In this document: positions 35,772 to 36,302 of the stretch, in pieces
How positions within the stretch are numbered: position 1 is the first letter of the stretch
Layout of the letters: each line of letters starts with the position of its first letter
Assembly (NCBI GenBank): GCA_050732955.1
Contig: JBOHRY010000269.1
Location: 1-36,302 of the forward strand
DNA: 36,302 nt
Source of the DNA: Gemmatimonadales bacterium
GTDB taxonomy: Bacteria; Gemmatimonadota; Gemmatimonadetes; Gemmatimonadales; GWC2-71-9
Direction of reading: 5' to 3'
Notes under the pieces: generated by a model
What the model saw: the letters and a program-made list of their open reading frames with translations, nothing else
Databases searched by the model: none
What the model was told of the DNA's origin: nothing
Made by a program: the position numbers and the translations under genes

Positions 35772-36302
35772 TGGCGCGTCTCAACCCCGATCGTCGGGAA
35801 CTTGGAGCGTCGTTGGTGGTCTACGGCGCGCCCAAGTCCGGCAAGACTGCGATTCTTCATTGCATCCGGGAGCGTGTGGCCCCGGAACGGCGCGGCGGAT
35901 TCGAACCGTTTGGCAGCGACGCCGGCGTCGCACCTCTGCTCGACTGGATTCCGCTCGATCTGGGCGCGATCGGCGGCTGGCAGGTACGCGTCGACCTCTA
36001 CGCGATTCCTGATCAGCGCCACGCCGACGCGACCCGCCGGATGATTCTCTCCGATGCCGACGGAGTCCTCTTCATCGGCGACGCGCAGGCGGCGCGGCTG
36101 AGCGACAATCTCGGCGCCGTGGCCAGCCTGCGCGAGAATCTTGAGGCGCTCGACGGGCGCCGTCCCGATCTCCCGACGGTGTACGCCTACTCCAAGTCCG
36201 ATCTTCCGGGCGACTTGCTGCTCGGTCGCGACGCGCTCAATCAGGCGCTCAATCCGCGCGGATTCCCGGATTTCGCCTGCAGCGCCTTGCGCGGTGAAGG
36301 GG
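35771..36302 (+). CDS. MglA-like Ras-superfamily small GTPase, 3'-partial (runs off the window); absent from the supplied ORF track
   Basis: My own translation from ATG 35771: MARLNPDRRELGASLVVYGAPKSGKTAILHCIRERVAPERRGGFEPFGSDAGVAPLLDWIPLDLGAIGGWQVRVDLYAIPDQRHADATRRMILSDADGVLFIGDAQAARLSDNLGAVASLRENLEALDGRRPDLPTVYAYSKSDLPGDLLLGRDALNQALNPRGFPDFACSALRGEG. There is no stop before the window end. It has a P-loop GAPKSGKT and appears to align without gaps to my recollection of Myxococcus MglA (IVYYGPGLCGKTT ... [26 protein letters not shown] ... VDGVVFVADSQ ... YNKRDL). Confidence 0.8.
   Translation, partial: MARLNPDRRELGASLVVYGAPKSGKTAILHCIRERVAPERRGGFEPFGSDAGVAPLLDWIPLDLGAIGGWQVRVDLYAIPDQRHADATRRMILSDADGVLFIGDAQAARLSDNLGAVASLRENLEALDGRRPDLPTVYAYSKSDLPGDLLLGRDALNQALNPRGFPDFACSALRGEG

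Overview
This is a very GC-rich bacterial chromosomal segment. Gene content and order hint at a Gemmatimonadota-like or similar high-GC Gram-negative lineage, but that is inference only. All 33 genes I can support are on the + strand. The long minus-strand ORFs and the out-of-frame ORFs look like GC-driven shadow ORFs. I saw no rRNA, tRNA, CRISPR array, transposase, integrase or phage-like genes.

The window falls into three blocks.

(1) nt 1-10707: the tail of a caspase-like protein, a secreted TPR plus HExxH metallopeptidase, then a Bat/MoxR-type cluster. The cluster is a MoxR AAA+ ATPase, a DUF58 protein, a BatA-N/vWA membrane protein and a 1271-aa low-complexity membrane protein. The block ends in a GC-rich hairpin.

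(2) nt 10966-11745: a lone FliA/sigma-28-type sigma factor. It is flanked by the only real intergenic gaps in the window.

(3) nt 11846 to the window end: about 24.5 kb and 25 genes with no intergenic gap longer than 20 nt and many overlapping stop/start codons. The housekeeping part runs: unknown protein, fahA, GNAT, pdxH, CDF transporter, tilS, hpt, ftsH, folP, DUF2723 protein, yggS, ileS, a dksA/traR-like gene, lspA, rluD. This runs directly into a chemosensory core (cheW, cheY, cheA, cheC). The core is fused, operon-style, to a TPR protein, a PATAN/DUF4388-TPR protein, three Roadblock/LC7 proteins and an MglA-like small GTPase.

The GTPase gene runs off the window end and is missing from the ORF track. 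This Che-PATAN-Roadblock-GTPase array, and the GTPase's unusual catalytic motifs, are the most interesting content. Several ORF-track starts are over-extended; I re-set them using stop/start overlaps, RBS motifs and homology.
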